64,000 bases of DNA from Candidatus Bathyarchaeota archaeon (GTDB taxonomy: Archaea > Thermoproteota > Bathyarchaeia > 40CM-2-53-6), in NCBI GenBank assembly GCA_963833125.1, contig CAWHWX010000019.1, positions 128,001 through 192,000 of the forward strand, given 5' to 3'. Below the pieces are notes generated by a model. It searched no databases, was not told where the DNA came from, and saw only the letters and a list, made by a program, of their open reading frames with translations. A program made the translations under genes and the position numbers. This document shows, one piece after another, positions 31,060-41,472 of this stretch (the first letter of the stretch is position 1; each line of letters opens with the position of its first letter).

Positions 31060-31368
31060 GAGCGTAACATTCGATTTGGTGGAGAGATTCACAACAATAA
31101 GATGGAACGGATGAACGGAGAAATCCGTGACCGAGAAAAGGTGGTTAGAGGGCTAAAGCGTGAAGATAGTCCACTGATTGAGGGAATGAGAATCTACCAT
31201 AACTACGTTCGGCCACACATGGGCTTAGACGGAAAAACCCCTATCAACTTAGCAGGGATTCAAGTCGAGGGTAACGATAAGTGGTTGACTCTGATTCAGA
31301 ACGCAAAGCAAGAGCAAGACCTCTGCGAAGGTTTAAACCTGTACGTGCCGCTCACTGTTAGGGTTTAA
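31060..31368 (+). mobile_element. Remnant of a DDE transposase/integrase (IS6-like C-terminus)
   Basis: NNKMERMNGEIRDREKVVRG...YHNYVRPHMGLDGKTP; N-terminal part absent. Confidence 0.82.
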
Positions 31369-31502
31369 TTGGGTTGTCGAAGCGAGCCGCGTTAATAGAA
31401 AGAAAAAAAAGAAAAAAAAAGACCGTTAGCGAAACGGACCGCAAAGTACATTAATTCTTACGGCTTGGACGGGTTGGGGTGTAGCTGCTGCGTCGAAGCG
31501 GA

Positions 31503-32153
31503 GTGTGTTTACTCAGTCTAACTCTACTCTTACTGTTCGGGTCGTTTGCAGTGGTCCAAACTGTAAACGCGTCCGGGACACTTGACCAACAGCAAACAAA
31601 CGAATCTGTGGAAATCAATGTATTACACGGCGGCCTATCTTTAGCGCAGACATTCACCGCTGGGTTAACTGGCACGTTGACGGAAGTTGACCTTGCCATC
31701 TCTTGTTTCAACGTCTCTGACTGTCCAACTTCGAGTTTGACGGTTCAAATATTCTCAGGTACACCTCCCGGAACTGGACCATTGGGTTCACAGACTATAA
31801 GCGGTTCAACAATACCTCTTGTTAATAGTCCTCCATTTACCGTCATCACCTTCAGCATCCCTATTGTGGCTGGAAACATCTACTCAATTATCCTTACATC
31901 GAGCCCCAGTGGGAATACTGCGTTTCAAGTGTGGGGTAGCAAATCAAACCCCTATGCTGCTGGAGATTCATACCATAACAACGGCGGAGGTTGGGCTCTC
32001 GACGGGGGCGCAGACTGGGCATTCGAGACTTTCGTAACAACTACCTCGCCACCAATACCTGAATACCCGTTAGGATTGCCGATACTCGCAATTCTCACCA
32101 TAATCGCATACGGGATAATCAAGCGCAAAATAAGGCCAAATCAGAACGCTTAG
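31503..32153 (+). CDS. Secreted/surface protein with PEF-CTERM-like sorting signal
   Basis: Signal peptide; S/T/G-rich beta domain; C-terminal PIPEYP-TM-KRK. Confidence 0.75.
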   Translation: MCLLSLTLLLLFGSFAVVQTVNASGTLDQQQTNESVEINVLHGGLSLAQTFTAGLTGTLTEVDLAISCFNVSDCPTSSLTVQIFSGTPPGTGPLGSQTISGSTIPLVNSPPFTVITFSIPIVAGNIYSIILTSSPSGNTAFQVWGSKSNPYAAGDSYHNNGGGWALDGGADWAFETFVTTTSPPIPEYPLGLPILAILTIIAYGIIKRKIRPNQNA

Positions 32154-32269
32154 ACCGTTATCCGACGAAAGTTAACAGCCTATTTTACCCGACAATAAGT
32201 TACCAGAACCCGCGCCCGAAATTTTTATATAGGATTTTTTACCTGCAGTAACAAAAGTGATGATTTCAC

Positions 32270-33931
32270 ATGTCTAACCAACAGTCGATACCAATCGTAA
32301 TTCTGAAGGAAGGAACTCAACGCTCTACCGGCAAGGACGCACAACGAAATAACATTCTCGCAGCGAAAGTAGTTGCCGAGACCGTTAAGACTACTCTCGG
32401 CCCGCGGGGTATGGACAAGATGCTCGTCAGTGGGATAGGCGATGTCGTGATTACGAACGACGGCGCCACGATCATGAAGGAACTAGACATCCAACACCCA
32501 GCAGCCAAGATGCTCGTCGAAGTCGCCAAGACACAAGACAACGAAGTAGGCGACGGAACCACTACAGCCGTAATCCTAACCGGCGAATTATTAGACAAGG
32601 CGGAGCAACTTCTAGACAAAGACGTTCACCCAACCGTAATAGTTGAAGGCTATAGAAAGGCGGCCGATAAGGCTCGGGAGATTCTGGACAGCCTGAGCGA
32701 AAAAATAGACCCCAACGACGCCGAAACACTCGGCAAGATAGCTATGACCGCCATGAGCACGAAAGGCGTCACAGGCGCAAAGGATCACCTAGCCAAGATT
32801 GCGGTGGACGCAGCACTCCTCGTTAAAGAGACAAGGGACGGCAAGACAAAGGTTGACGTAGACCTCGTTAAGGTGCTTAAGAAACACGGTAAGAGCCTTG
32901 AGGAAACAGAACTCGTCCGAGGCATAGTGGTCGACAAGGAAATCGCCCACCCGCAAATGCCCAAACGCATCGACAACGCCAAGATTGCCCTGCTCAACGC
33001 TAAACTCGAAATAGAGAAGACTGAGTTCGATGCGAAAATCAACATCAACAGCCCAGACCAAATGAAAATGTTCCTCGACGAAGAGGAAAAAATGCTCAAA
33101 GAGATGGTTGATGACGTTGTTAAGAGCGGATGCAACTTCCTCTTCTGCGAAAAATCAATCGACGACATAGCCCTACACTTCCTATCCAAGAAAGGCATCT
33201 CCGTAGTCAAGAACATGAGCAGCGGCGATATGGAGAAACTCGCCAAAGCCACCGGAGCTAAGATAATGGCCAGCGTCAAAGACCTAAACGCAGCCTCTCT
33301 CGGGGAAGCAAAAGTTATCGAAGAAACGAAGATCGGCGACGATAAACTAACCTACGTTCGTGACGCCAAAAACCCGATGGCTGTAACTGTCGTGATACGA
33401 GGCGGAACAGAACACGTGGTAGACGAGGCAGACAGATCACTACACGACGCACTATGTGTTGTCCGTGATGCCATCGAGGACGGCAAAATGGTTGCAGGCG
33501 GCGGTGCACCTGAAGCGGAAACCGCGAAGCAACTCAGAGAATACGCCGTCAAGGTAGGCGGGCGTGAGCAGTTGGCCATCGAGGCCTTCGCCGACGCCAT
33601 GGAGGCTATTCCACTCGCACTCGCGGAAAATGCGGGCCTAGACCCAATCGACATCATGGTCGAACTTCGCGCCAAGCATGAGGACCCGGCAAACCGATGG
33701 TTCGGAGTAAACGTGTTTTCAGGAAAGGTCAGGGACATGCGAACCATAAACGTCCTAGAACCGCTGCGAGTAAAGCTACAGGTCGTAAAGTCGGCCACCG
33801 AGGCTGCATCAATGATCCTCCGAATTGACGACGTGGTAGCCTCCAAGGGAGGCAAAGGCGGACCACCCGGCGGAATGCCCCCAGGTGGACCAGGCGGTAT
33901 GGGCGGAATGCCCGGCGGAGAAGACTACTAG
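32270..33931 (+). CDS. ths: Thermosome (group II chaperonin) subunit
   Basis: [27 protein letters not shown] tail; TTTATATA promoter upstream. Confidence 0.98.
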   Translation: MSNQQSIPIVILKEGTQRSTGKDAQRNNILAAKVVAETVKTTLGPRGMDKMLVSGIGDVVITNDGATIMKELDIQHPAAKMLVEVAKTQDNEVGDGTTTAVILTGELLDKAEQLLDKDVHPTVIVEGYRKAADKAREILDSLSEKIDPNDAETLGKIAMTAMSTKGVTGAKDHLAKIAVDAALLVKETRDGKTKVDVDLVKVLKKHGKSLEETELVRGIVVDKEIAHPQMPKRIDNAKIALLNAKLEIEKTEFDAKININSPDQMKMFLDEEEKMLKEMVDDVVKSGCNFLFCEKSIDDIALHFLSKKGISVVKNMSSGDMEKLAKATGAKIMASVKDLNAASLGEAKVIEETKIGDDKLTYVRDAKNPMAVTVVIRGGTEHVVDEADRSLHDALCVVRDAIEDGKMVAGGGAPEAETAKQLREYAVKVGGREQLAIEAFADAMEAIPLALAENAGLDPIDIMVELRAKHEDPANRWFGVNVFSGKVRDMRTINVLEPLRVKLQVVKSATEAASMILRIDDVVASKGGKGGPPGGMPPGGPGGMGGMPGGEDY

Positions 33932-33941
33932 AATACCCGAC

Positions 33942-33995
33942 GTCTGTCACGCTGACAGACACCCTACTTTTTCTTTTTTCACTCTCTTTTCTTTC
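33942..33995 (+). terminator. Hairpin + pyrimidine tract terminator
   Basis: GTCTGTCA-cgc-TGACAGAC then T-rich tract. Confidence 0.65.
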
Positions 33996-34040
33996 ATCCT
34001 AATGTAGTTCCCTCCCTATCACATCCATAGGGAGTTCTTC

Positions 34041-35153
34041 TTGTCCACGCCCGTTCAGCCAGTTGTGCTCGTTGCGTCCTCAGAGTTCATCTTGAAGAGC
34101 TCACCAGTCAGGCGAACATTGGAGCAACGCTTAATCGACGACTTGAAATTCGCGCTGACACGTGCATGTTTCGATGGTTTCAGGATCGAGAAAGAAGCTG
34201 CGAGATTAGTCGTACTTGGTGCACGAGGACCGGGGGATCCCGCGATTCCGTGCAGTAATGTATTTGGGGTCGCGTATGCGGCTCCTGCACAATTGTTAGT
34301 CAAGGCGTCCCTAACGGACGTTACCGGAACCATCGTAACCTTAGCTGAGCAACGTCTACAAAATGGGCAATCGTTCGCAGTTCGTGCGCATCGCTCAACC
34401 GACGGGAGTATTTCACGACGTGATGTTGAGGTAAAAGGTGGGGCGGCTGTTTTGCAGTTAATGAAACAGCGGGGCATTGCTGTGGATCTAGATGATCCTG
34501 ATCTAACGTTTTATGTGGATTTGGTCGGGGAAGACGCCTACGTCTATTGCGAAAGGCTCCAAGGACCCGGAGGGCTGCCACTATCCTCTCAATGGAAAAT
34601 GCTCGCAACCCTCGATTCGGGTCCATTCTCGATTCTAGCCGCTTACGCGATGATGCGTCGAGGATGCGTAGTGGAGTTGTTCATCCCAACCTCAGGAATA
34701 ATAGGAGAGCTAGCGATCAGGACACAGCTAGGTCTAGCACGAAGGCTGGATAGGCTTGTAACCAGACCAAATCACAAGGCGTTCACCCTCGAAATCGACC
34801 CGTTACTTGAGAAGAGCTCTAATGATCTTCACTCCAGATCGGATGGGTGGAAGCAGTTGGTTAGGTCGCTGGCGGCCAGATTTGCAAAGGAAAAAAGGTT
34901 CAAGGCGCTGGTGCTCGGAGACGTATCAGGAAATCTACAAGAGTCAACCGCAACAAAAGTTGAACTACCCGTCTTCTACCCGTTGTTAGGGCTAGAAGGG
35001 GAAGACCTTGCTGAGTTGTCTAGCTTAGCCGGGGTAGGTAACGATGAGTTGATGGCCAATGAAGAATTGGCGTACAGTCTGTCTTCGGTCCAAGGCAGAG
35101 ATATTGGGTTCACTACCGAGTTCGGGCATTTGGTGCATGAAGTGAAGTTCTAG
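34041..35153 (+). CDS. THUMP-domain ThiI-like protein with degenerate PP-loop
   Basis: EFILKSSPVRR, FAVRAHR, VDLDDPD, GPGGLP, AYAMMRRGC; SGGxDS replaced by DSGPFS. Confidence 0.75.
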   Translation: MSTPVQPVVLVASSEFILKSSPVRRTLEQRLIDDLKFALTRACFDGFRIEKEAARLVVLGARGPGDPAIPCSNVFGVAYAAPAQLLVKASLTDVTGTIVTLAEQRLQNGQSFAVRAHRSTDGSISRRDVEVKGGAAVLQLMKQRGIAVDLDDPDLTFYVDLVGEDAYVYCERLQGPGGLPLSSQWKMLATLDSGPFSILAAYAMMRRGCVVELFIPTSGIIGELAIRTQLGLARRLDRLVTRPNHKAFTLEIDPLLEKSSNDLHSRSDGWKQLVRSLAARFAKEKRFKALVLGDVSGNLQESTATKVELPVFYPLLGLEGEDLAELSSLAGVGNDELMANEELAYSLSSVQGRDIGFTTEFGHLVHEVKF

Positions 35154-36361
35154 GCTCGGCTACCTAGCTTTGCTATTACGTCGCAGGCCGTGGAGATCGC
35201 ATGCATGGATGCGGCTCTTTGGCTGATTCCTTGAGCGTTTTTCCGATACTCATCAGAGTGCAAGATCTTTTCGATGCTTAATTCCAAGGTTTCTCCGTTC
35301 AGTGCGTTTTGGTCGATTGTCCTAGCTACGTGAAGCTGGACGGAGCGGCTGGCGTTGCCGATTTGCTCCGTGTGGTCTGGGATGGGTATGAGGACCATGG
35401 GTTTTCCGGAGAGGAGACACTTCATGATAGTTCCGTGACCGGCTCTACTGACCACGATATCGCTTGCTCTGATGAAATCGTCTTGGTTCTCTAACCAATC
35501 GAAAACCTTCACTCCTCCCTCCCTGTAACCTTTCTTGGAGCCGTTTGGGTCTCCACGGGAGAGCACTACTTGGAATCCGCGGGGCAACTGCTCGAACGAT
35601 TCCAAGAGCTTACGCGCCAATACCTCACGCTCTATTCTTGGTCCACTTACAGCTCCGTATATTACCGGCCGACTGCGATCGAATCCCAACTCGTGTCTAG
35701 TCCGGGCCTCCCCAGCTTCTGAGTTGTCGGCTTCCTCAATAGTCGGTCCAATCAATTTCACTTTCTCGTTGTACCGATTGGGGATCGCAAGGTTTCCGAG
35801 TGAGATTGTGTACGGCGCGGGCAGGTCTGGAATCAATATAACTTGGCTGGTCCCCCAAACCAGTTGAATCGCGGTGCGAATGAAAACCCAACCAATATTG
35901 GCGATGAAGAAGAATAATCTGTCATGCAGGCTTAGCTTTCGGCCCGTCGGGCGTCTCATTATTTCCACTCGAAATTGGTTGAGGATTAACACAACTGGTA
36001 TCCTCAGCAGCCGTGCCGCAACGAGGGATGAGGCTCGTGAATCAGAAACCACCACGTCCGGCCTGAACCGCTTCAGAAACTGAATTTCCCGCGTCACTTG
36101 CCGAAGAAATCTTCTGATGCCTAAAGAGAAACCTGCGGTTGCTGCGGTCATCTTGAAATCTATTGCTCCATCGGCTGTAACCCTGAAGTTCAAGGGAACC
36201 GCCTCGAACGTGGGCAGTTTGTTCCGTTTAGCGTATTCCAGGCCATCAAGGTATGTAGAGAAAACAGTCGGAATCCCGCGTTTGTTGAGTTCTTCAGCAA
36301 TAGGCTGTAAACGCGTTATATGGCCTAGGCCGATTCCGCATGGAGCCATGTATACGCGCAT
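35150..36361 (-). CDS. GT28/MurG-like glycosyltransferase
   Basis: GIGLGHITR, PDVVVSD, SRAGHGT, PIPDHTEQ. Confidence 0.85.
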   Translation of the reverse strand: MRVYMAPCGIGLGHITRLQPIAEELNKRGIPTVFSTYLDGLEYAKRNKLPTFEAVPLNFRVTADGAIDFKMTAATAGFSLGIRRFLRQVTREIQFLKRFRPDVVVSDSRASSLVAARLLRIPVVLILNQFRVEIMRRPTGRKLSLHDRLFFFIANIGWVFIRTAIQLVWGTSQVILIPDLPAPYTISLGNLAIPNRYNEKVKLIGPTIEEADNSEAGEARTRHELGFDRSRPVIYGAVSGPRIEREVLARKLLESFEQLPRGFQVVLSRGDPNGSKKGYREGGVKVFDWLENQDDFIRASDIVVSRAGHGTIMKCLLSGKPMVLIPIPDHTEQIGNASRSVQLHVARTIDQNALNGETLELSIEKILHSDEYRKNAQGISQRAASMHAISTACDVIAKLGSRA

Positions 36362-36363
36362 TC

Positions 36364-37017
36364 TCAGCCTTCACCAGTCGACTTTCTCCTGACCTTGCCG
36401 GCAGGTTCGAGTTCTTCGAAGATCTCTCCTTCGAATATTTTCACTTCAACTCCTTCAAGGAGCCATGAGTCTGGTGGGAGGCCCGCTTTCAGGCAACAGT
36501 TCATTAGAAACTCGGAAGCATCCCAATTCCACTCTGTCGCGACTTGGGGCAGAAGTAGGCCTGAGTTTTCCCGGTCTTCAACTATTAGTCCATGCCGTCC
36601 AACCTCAATCAGGTTGGGCAGTGTTTTCCGGTCGGGTGTTTTCAACACCTGGGGTTGCGTGAGGGCAGTTACTTCGATCGTAATCGAAGTCTCGAATTCC
36701 CCAAGTGAGACAGCGGGGAACCGTGGATCTTCTGTGGCGGCATATATCGCCGCCCTGATAGTGGAGTCAATGAGCGGATTCTCAGCGTAAGGGAAGCCGA
36801 TGCAACCGCGTAACTCATGAACGGGTTTGATCTTATTCAGAGTAACAAAAACGCCCGATTTCCTTCGTAACTTTTCTGAGGTTTCAATCGGTGATTTGGT
36901 GATTTGGTTCGATTCTAAGTATTTTGTGATTGCAGATCGCGCTGTTCTGACGAGGAGTGTGCCCTCTTCAAGAGTTAGTTTGTTTTGCGCCAGTTGAGGA
37001 GTTTGCTTTGGAGTCAA
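36364..37017 (-). CDS. AMMECR1 family protein (TIGR00296)
   Basis: GVFVTL, LRGCIG, DPRF, GLLLPQV, CLKAG. Confidence 0.95.
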   Translation of the reverse strand: MTPKQTPQLAQNKLTLEEGTLLVRTARSAITKYLESNQITKSPIETSEKLRRKSGVFVTLNKIKPVHELRGCIGFPYAENPLIDSTIRAAIYAATEDPRFPAVSLGEFETSITIEVTALTQPQVLKTPDRKTLPNLIEVGRHGLIVEDRENSGLLLPQVATEWNWDASEFLMNCCLKAGLPPDSWLLEGVEVKIFEGEIFEELEPAGKVRRKSTGEG

Positions 37018-37486
37018 GGATTTCCCTCGCCGTCTCGAGCGTTTGCTCGATCTTCATCCAGTGGCTTCCTTGCCAGTAGATTTTGGCGCACTTTGGGTTC
37101 GTGCAGACCCAAAAAGTCGAGTATACTTTAAAAGTTGCTGGGGGCACCGCGCCTTCCACTTCAGCTTTCGGCGTTTCCTTGATCGGTGAGCCGCATGTTG
37201 GACACCTGGAATCCTTAGGGTTGATTTTGAGCGTGAGGTTGTAGCGTTTTGCGAGGTTCGCCAGTCTTTCCGGTTCAGTGCGGCCTTGAATGAGGAATGA
37301 TTCAACGCCGCGAATGGATGCAGTGCGGTAGAGTTCTTCGTCAGAGGTCAACAAGGTGAGGGAATCTCGCTGCGCTGCGGCGAGAAGCTCGTTATCGGAG
37401 CAATCGTTTTCGTACAGGGTTTCGTACCCGAGCATGCGAAGCCATCTTGAAAGTTTGCCTAGCATCCCATCTAGCAGGAACTTCAA
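36968..37486 (-). CDS. Mut7-C RNase domain protein
   Basis: FLLDGMLGKLSRWLRMLG, RCPTCG, KIYWQGSH. Confidence 0.93.
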   Translation of the reverse strand: MKFLLDGMLGKLSRWLRMLGYETLYENDCSDNELLAAAQRDSLTLLTSDEELYRTASIRGVESFLIQGRTEPERLANLAKRYNLTLKINPKDSRCPTCGSPIKETPKAEVEGAVPPATFKVYSTFWVCTNPKCAKIYWQGSHWMKIEQTLETAREILDSKANSSTGAKQTNS

Positions 37487-37577
37487 GCAGGTTCACATTT
37501 GGTTAGTCGCCCTTCGGCGAGCCTACAATTTTCCCTCTTCGTTACCACTGCCGCATTTACGCTCGTGTGGGCCTGGA

Positions 37578-38165
37578 TTAGTCTTCGTCGTCTTCTGCGG
37601 GTCCTTCAAGTTCTGCCGCGCAGTCGTCGCAGAGGAACTGGCCATCTTGCGATTTCATTTCTTCGGCCCATGAACCGCATTTGTCGCAGTATCCGCTCAG
37701 GGTCGTGGCTTCTTTTGTTTTTTGGACTGGTGAGATCTGCGATTTTTCTGCCATAACATCGATAAGCGCAGGGGTGATATCGACAATATCGTTGCTGGTT
37801 ATGATGCCTTTTGCCTTTCCGCCTTGAAGGACAATCAATCTCCTGATCTTCAGTTGTCGCATCTTTGTTGCAGCGTCCGTTACGTTCGCTGCGGCGTCAA
37901 TGGTCGATGGTGGTTTGGTCATAGTTTTTCCAGCCGTAACCTTACTTGGAAGTAAGTCAAGCGCAGCTACTCTTCTAACGACATCGCGCTCTGTCATCAG
38001 TCCCAGCGGCTTGCCGGACTTGTCGACCACGACAACGCAACCTATCGCATGTTTCTTCATTAGTTTGGTTGCTGCAAGTACAGTATCCGTCTCGTTCATG
38101 GTTATGACTGGGCTTGACATGACATCCTCGACTTTCACATCTGGGGGATTGGCGGTTGTTGTCAA
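37578..38165 (-). CDS. CBS-pair protein with C-terminal zinc ribbon
   Basis: VMSSPVIT, GLMTERDV, GIITSND; CDKCG..CDDC. Confidence 0.9.
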   Translation of the reverse strand: MTTTANPPDVKVEDVMSSPVITMNETDTVLAATKLMKKHAIGCVVVVDKSGKPLGLMTERDVVRRVAALDLLPSKVTAGKTMTKPPSTIDAAANVTDAATKMRQLKIRRLIVLQGGKAKGIITSNDIVDITPALIDVMAEKSQISPVQKTKEATTLSGYCDKCGSWAEEMKSQDGQFLCDDCAAELEGPAEDDED

Positions 38166-38260
38166 TGAGGGTCACAATTGGAATCTTTTTCGGGGCCTTA
38201 AGGGCTTTGCTGGGGCATCTGGGAGCGACAGGCAAGTATTATCTAGAGAACGCGTGCTAG

Positions 38261-38641
38261 GTGGCCGTAAATGTCAGGTTGGGTTGGAACGGGAGAGAGT
38301 TGACTACACCTACACCGGCTACTACTACTCAAGTTCAACCAAAGCCTTTCCTCAAGCCGTCCTCGGTCGTCTATTGGCTTCGGTTCGTCCTAGCGATCCT
38401 TGCAGGCCTATCCAACCAATTACTCCACATCAATTATGCCAGTTTCGGTGATGCTTCCACCTACGTCGGCATCGGTCTCGGCGTAGCATTCTACTTGCTC
38501 TCAGTTCTAATCGTGCGGCATGTGCTTCATTATGGCGTAGCTGAGCTCAGGGGCAAGAATCGCGACATAACATTAGGCGGAGGCACTTTCATCTTCATCT
38601 GGATCATGGTGACCGTGCTCTTCTACACGATCAGTGTCTAG
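38261..38641 (+). CDS. 3-TM membrane protein, EMC6-like (tentative)
   Basis: YWLR..AILAG, FYLLS, GGTFIFIWIM..LFYT pattern. Confidence 0.5.
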   Translation: MAVNVRLGWNGRELTTPTPATTTQVQPKPFLKPSSVVYWLRFVLAILAGLSNQLLHINYASFGDASTYVGIGLGVAFYLLSVLIVRHVLHYGVAELRGKNRDITLGGGTFIFIWIMVTVLFYTISV

Positions 38642-38647
38642 AGAAAA

Positions 38648-39088
38648 TCAATCTGATTTCTTTGGGGTGGCCGGCTCTACGGCAGGTCCGGCGTGTTCCA
38701 GTTTTCTGAGATAACTTTCCAGTGCTTGGAAGTATCCACGGTCAAAGTCGCCGTGTAGCGCATTCTTTGTCTGTTGGCTGAATTCCCTGCGAAGGTTCTT
38801 GAGGTTCTTGGGTGTCTTCTCGATCTTCGAAAGGTAAAGGTACCTGTCTTCGTTAGATTTGGCGGTTAGGAGCAGTCCTTCGAGCGCCTTGAGATAACCT
38901 TTCGCGGATTCGGTGGAAGGAAGGGTTGCTCGTACAGTATCCAGTTCTTTCTCTGCGTCAGCGATTCTTCTCTCGATCAGTGCCTGGAAGAGTCTATCCG
39001 TGTTGAAGGTCGGGGTAGGTTCTGGTTTGGGTGTGGGTTTCTCAGCGTCTGCGTTTGACTTCGTCTTCTTCGGAGATATCTTTGACAC
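38648..39088 (-). CDS. Hypothetical helical protein downstream of radA
   Basis: GAGGAAGG Shine-Dalgarno, GTG start; repeated GYLKALE/GYFQALE. Confidence 0.65.
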   Translation of the reverse strand: MSKISPKKTKSNADAEKPTPKPEPTPTFNTDRLFQALIERRIADAEKELDTVRATLPSTESAKGYLKALEGLLLTAKSNEDRYLYLSKIEKTPKNLKNLRREFSQQTKNALHGDFDRGYFQALESYLRKLEHAGPAVEPATPKKSD

Positions 39089-40177
39089 CTTCCTCAGTTA
39101 TCTTGAATATGCGTTCCCCTTCGGGTAGGTACGGGCTGGAAATGAGCCTACATATCCTAACTGGGCCACTTGCTGTGCGCCTCAAGAACATCCTAGTATG
39201 GCTCGTGTGGGATACTATATGTCCTCCGACCGGCTCGACCACCATAGCGAAGAACGCGTCAGGTTTAGACATAACCTGATTCGTAACCACAGCACACGCA
39301 TTGAACGCCCGAGAAAGTCTAACCAAACGGTGCAAGTGGCTGTTAAGTTTCTGCTGCCGTTCAGCGAGCATCTCTCGGCCTAGGTACTCGCTTCGGAAAT
39401 GTGCGGTCAGCGAATCCACTATGATCAGCTTCACATTGTTTTCCTGTATGACCTGGTCTGCCTTCTCAAGGAGAAGGATTTGATGGTCAGAATTGAAGGC
39501 TTCACTGAATAGATGATTTTCTTCGCGGTTTCGGTGGGGTCGAGTCCAAGTGTTTTGGCCATGCGGACTATCCATTCGGGACGGAATGTGTTTTCTGTAT
39601 CAATGTAAAGAGCGGAGCCATTGAGGCCGCCTTTTTCTTCAGGTAATTGGACGTTTACTGCGAGTTGATGGCAGAGTATACTTTTGCCCACTCCGTACTC
39701 GCCATAGAATTCTGTTATTGTTTGAGTTTCTAATCCTCCGCCCAGAAGTTCATCGAGTTGCCTACTGATCGTTGTGAGGCGTCGTACGTTCTGTCTCATT
39801 TTGATTAGTTCGTCGGCTCTAATGAAGCTGAGCGCAAGGCTATCCCTGGCCTCTGAGACTACTTTAGCCGCCTGTTTTTCGCCGACCCCCGCTATAGTCA
39901 ATTCCTTAATCGTGGCTGTGGCAAGTGATTCGACGGTGTGAAAACCCATCTCTCTAAGTTTCTCAGCAGTCGCGGGCCCAACGCCCGGTATGTCTTCTAT
40001 GAACTCAAACTTTTTCTGCGGTTTCTCAACAGCCGCCGTCTCAACCTTTTCTTCCTCTACGGGTTCCTCTCGTTTTTCCTCGGGAATTTCCTCCCGGGTC
40101 TCCTTCTCCGCCTTCTCCTTAGTCTCCTTTCCCTTAGCTTTCTCTTTCAAGACTTGGGTCGTTGACAACACTAACAC
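39042..40177 (-). CDS. radA: DNA repair and recombination protein RadA (frameshift near 39505)
   Basis: [49 protein letters not shown]. Confidence 0.97.
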
Positions 40178-40300
40178 CCTGCTTATTTCAAGATTGGCTA
40201 GATTTCTTAGTGGCGTTGCTTGATATAACGGAGAGAGGAGGATGAAAGTACCGTCGGAACCCTTGAAACAATCTTATAGAAACCTTGGGAAAGTCTGTCA

Positions 40301-41068
40301 ATGGCACTGATAGTGAAGAATAGCCCACCCCTTTCTGAAGCAGCTGAAATCCTCGAGAAAGCGTTCCGGGCAAGAAATCTCGTCATTATCATTGGTAATT
40401 GTAGGGTTGACTATGAGGGTCGGGCGTCATCAACCTTGGAATGGGGAGAGAGAATTGCTATGATCAAAGAAGATGGATCTGTGTTGGTACATCGACCGAC
40501 CGGATACGAACCTGTAAATTGGCAACCCCCAAAATGCATGGTAAGCTTGAGGGTCGATGACAATACATTAGTGGTTAACGCGTCCCGGCCCCAACCTAAA
40601 GAGACCGTTTCCATCGGATTCAAAGAAATCATGTTAGTCGCTACCGGGAAGCTTGCGGATTCAGGTGAATTCGCACTCCACGTTACTGAGGAACAAATGA
40701 AACAGGCTATCCTTACCGCTCCTGACCTTGTGGAAGAGGGATTGAAGCCTCTTCAGCAGGAGAAGAGCCTAGGCGAAGCCGGGTTTACTGATATCTTTGC
40801 CGAGGACAAGCAGGGTAACCTTGTCGTTATAGAGATAAAGAGACTGGCAGCATCGAAGGACGCGGTGATGCAGCTTCAAAGATACCTCGACACGTTGAGA
40901 AAGAGAATCAACAGGCAAATTAGAGGCATAGTGGTTGCACCGGAGCTTCGAAAAAACGCACAACCTCCATTGAACACTCTGAAATTGGAGTTTATCCGAC
41001 TAGCACCGGAAAAATGTTTTACAGTGTTGAAGAGTCGAAAGGATGCAAAACTAAGCCAATTTCTATGA
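40301..41068 (+). CDS. nucS: Endonuclease NucS/EndoMS
   Basis: YEGRA, KEDGSVLVH, PVNWQP, IEIKR, QLQRY. Confidence 0.95.
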   Translation: MALIVKNSPPLSEAAEILEKAFRARNLVIIIGNCRVDYEGRASSTLEWGERIAMIKEDGSVLVHRPTGYEPVNWQPPKCMVSLRVDDNTLVVNASRPQPKETVSIGFKEIMLVATGKLADSGEFALHVTEEQMKQAILTAPDLVEEGLKPLQQEKSLGEAGFTDIFAEDKQGNLVVIEIKRLAASKDAVMQLQRYLDTLRKRINRQIRGIVVAPELRKNAQPPLNTLKLEFIRLAPEKCFTVLKSRKDAKLSQFL

Positions 41069-41164
41069 TAACTCTCCGGAACGGAGGTTCGACTCTTATC
41101 GACTACAGGGAGCAAGCTTATTTAGCGTAAGATCGTGATTCGCCGGAAGAATCAGTGGAACGCT

Positions 41165-41410
41165 TTGGAACCTTCAAGAAAACCTCTCAACTTGCTCGTG
41201 AAGAAACTCAACGGCGACGTCAACATCCGGCTGAAGAACGATGTCGAATACCGCGGCAAGATGATCGATGCAGATAGCCACATGAACATCATACTCGAAG
41301 GAGCCACCGAATACCGCGGCAATACCCCCACGGCAAACTACGGAAACGTAATACTGAGAGGAAGTAACATACTATACATCTGTGTCGACGCTACCAAACA
41401 ACCCACCTAA
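41165..41410 (+). CDS. Sm-like (LSm) protein
   Basis: LKNDVEYRG, DSHMNIIL, ILRGSNI. Confidence 0.93.
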   Translation: MEPSRKPLNLLVKKLNGDVNIRLKNDVEYRGKMIDADSHMNIILEGATEYRGNTPTANYGNVILRGSNILYICVDATKQPT

Positions 41411-41472
41411 GCGTATCCCGGACCGAGCCACTCACTGTCCGTGTCTTGGGCTCGCAGTTGGCGTGATGTCAG

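Noticed and set aside
31398-31421. A-rich run AAAGAAAAAAAAGAAAAAAAAAG
   Set aside because: Likely a minus-strand oligo-T terminator or homopolymer noise; no retroelement is nearby.
33845-33931. GGM/PGG repeats at the thermosome C-terminus
   Set aside because: This is the standard chaperonin tail.
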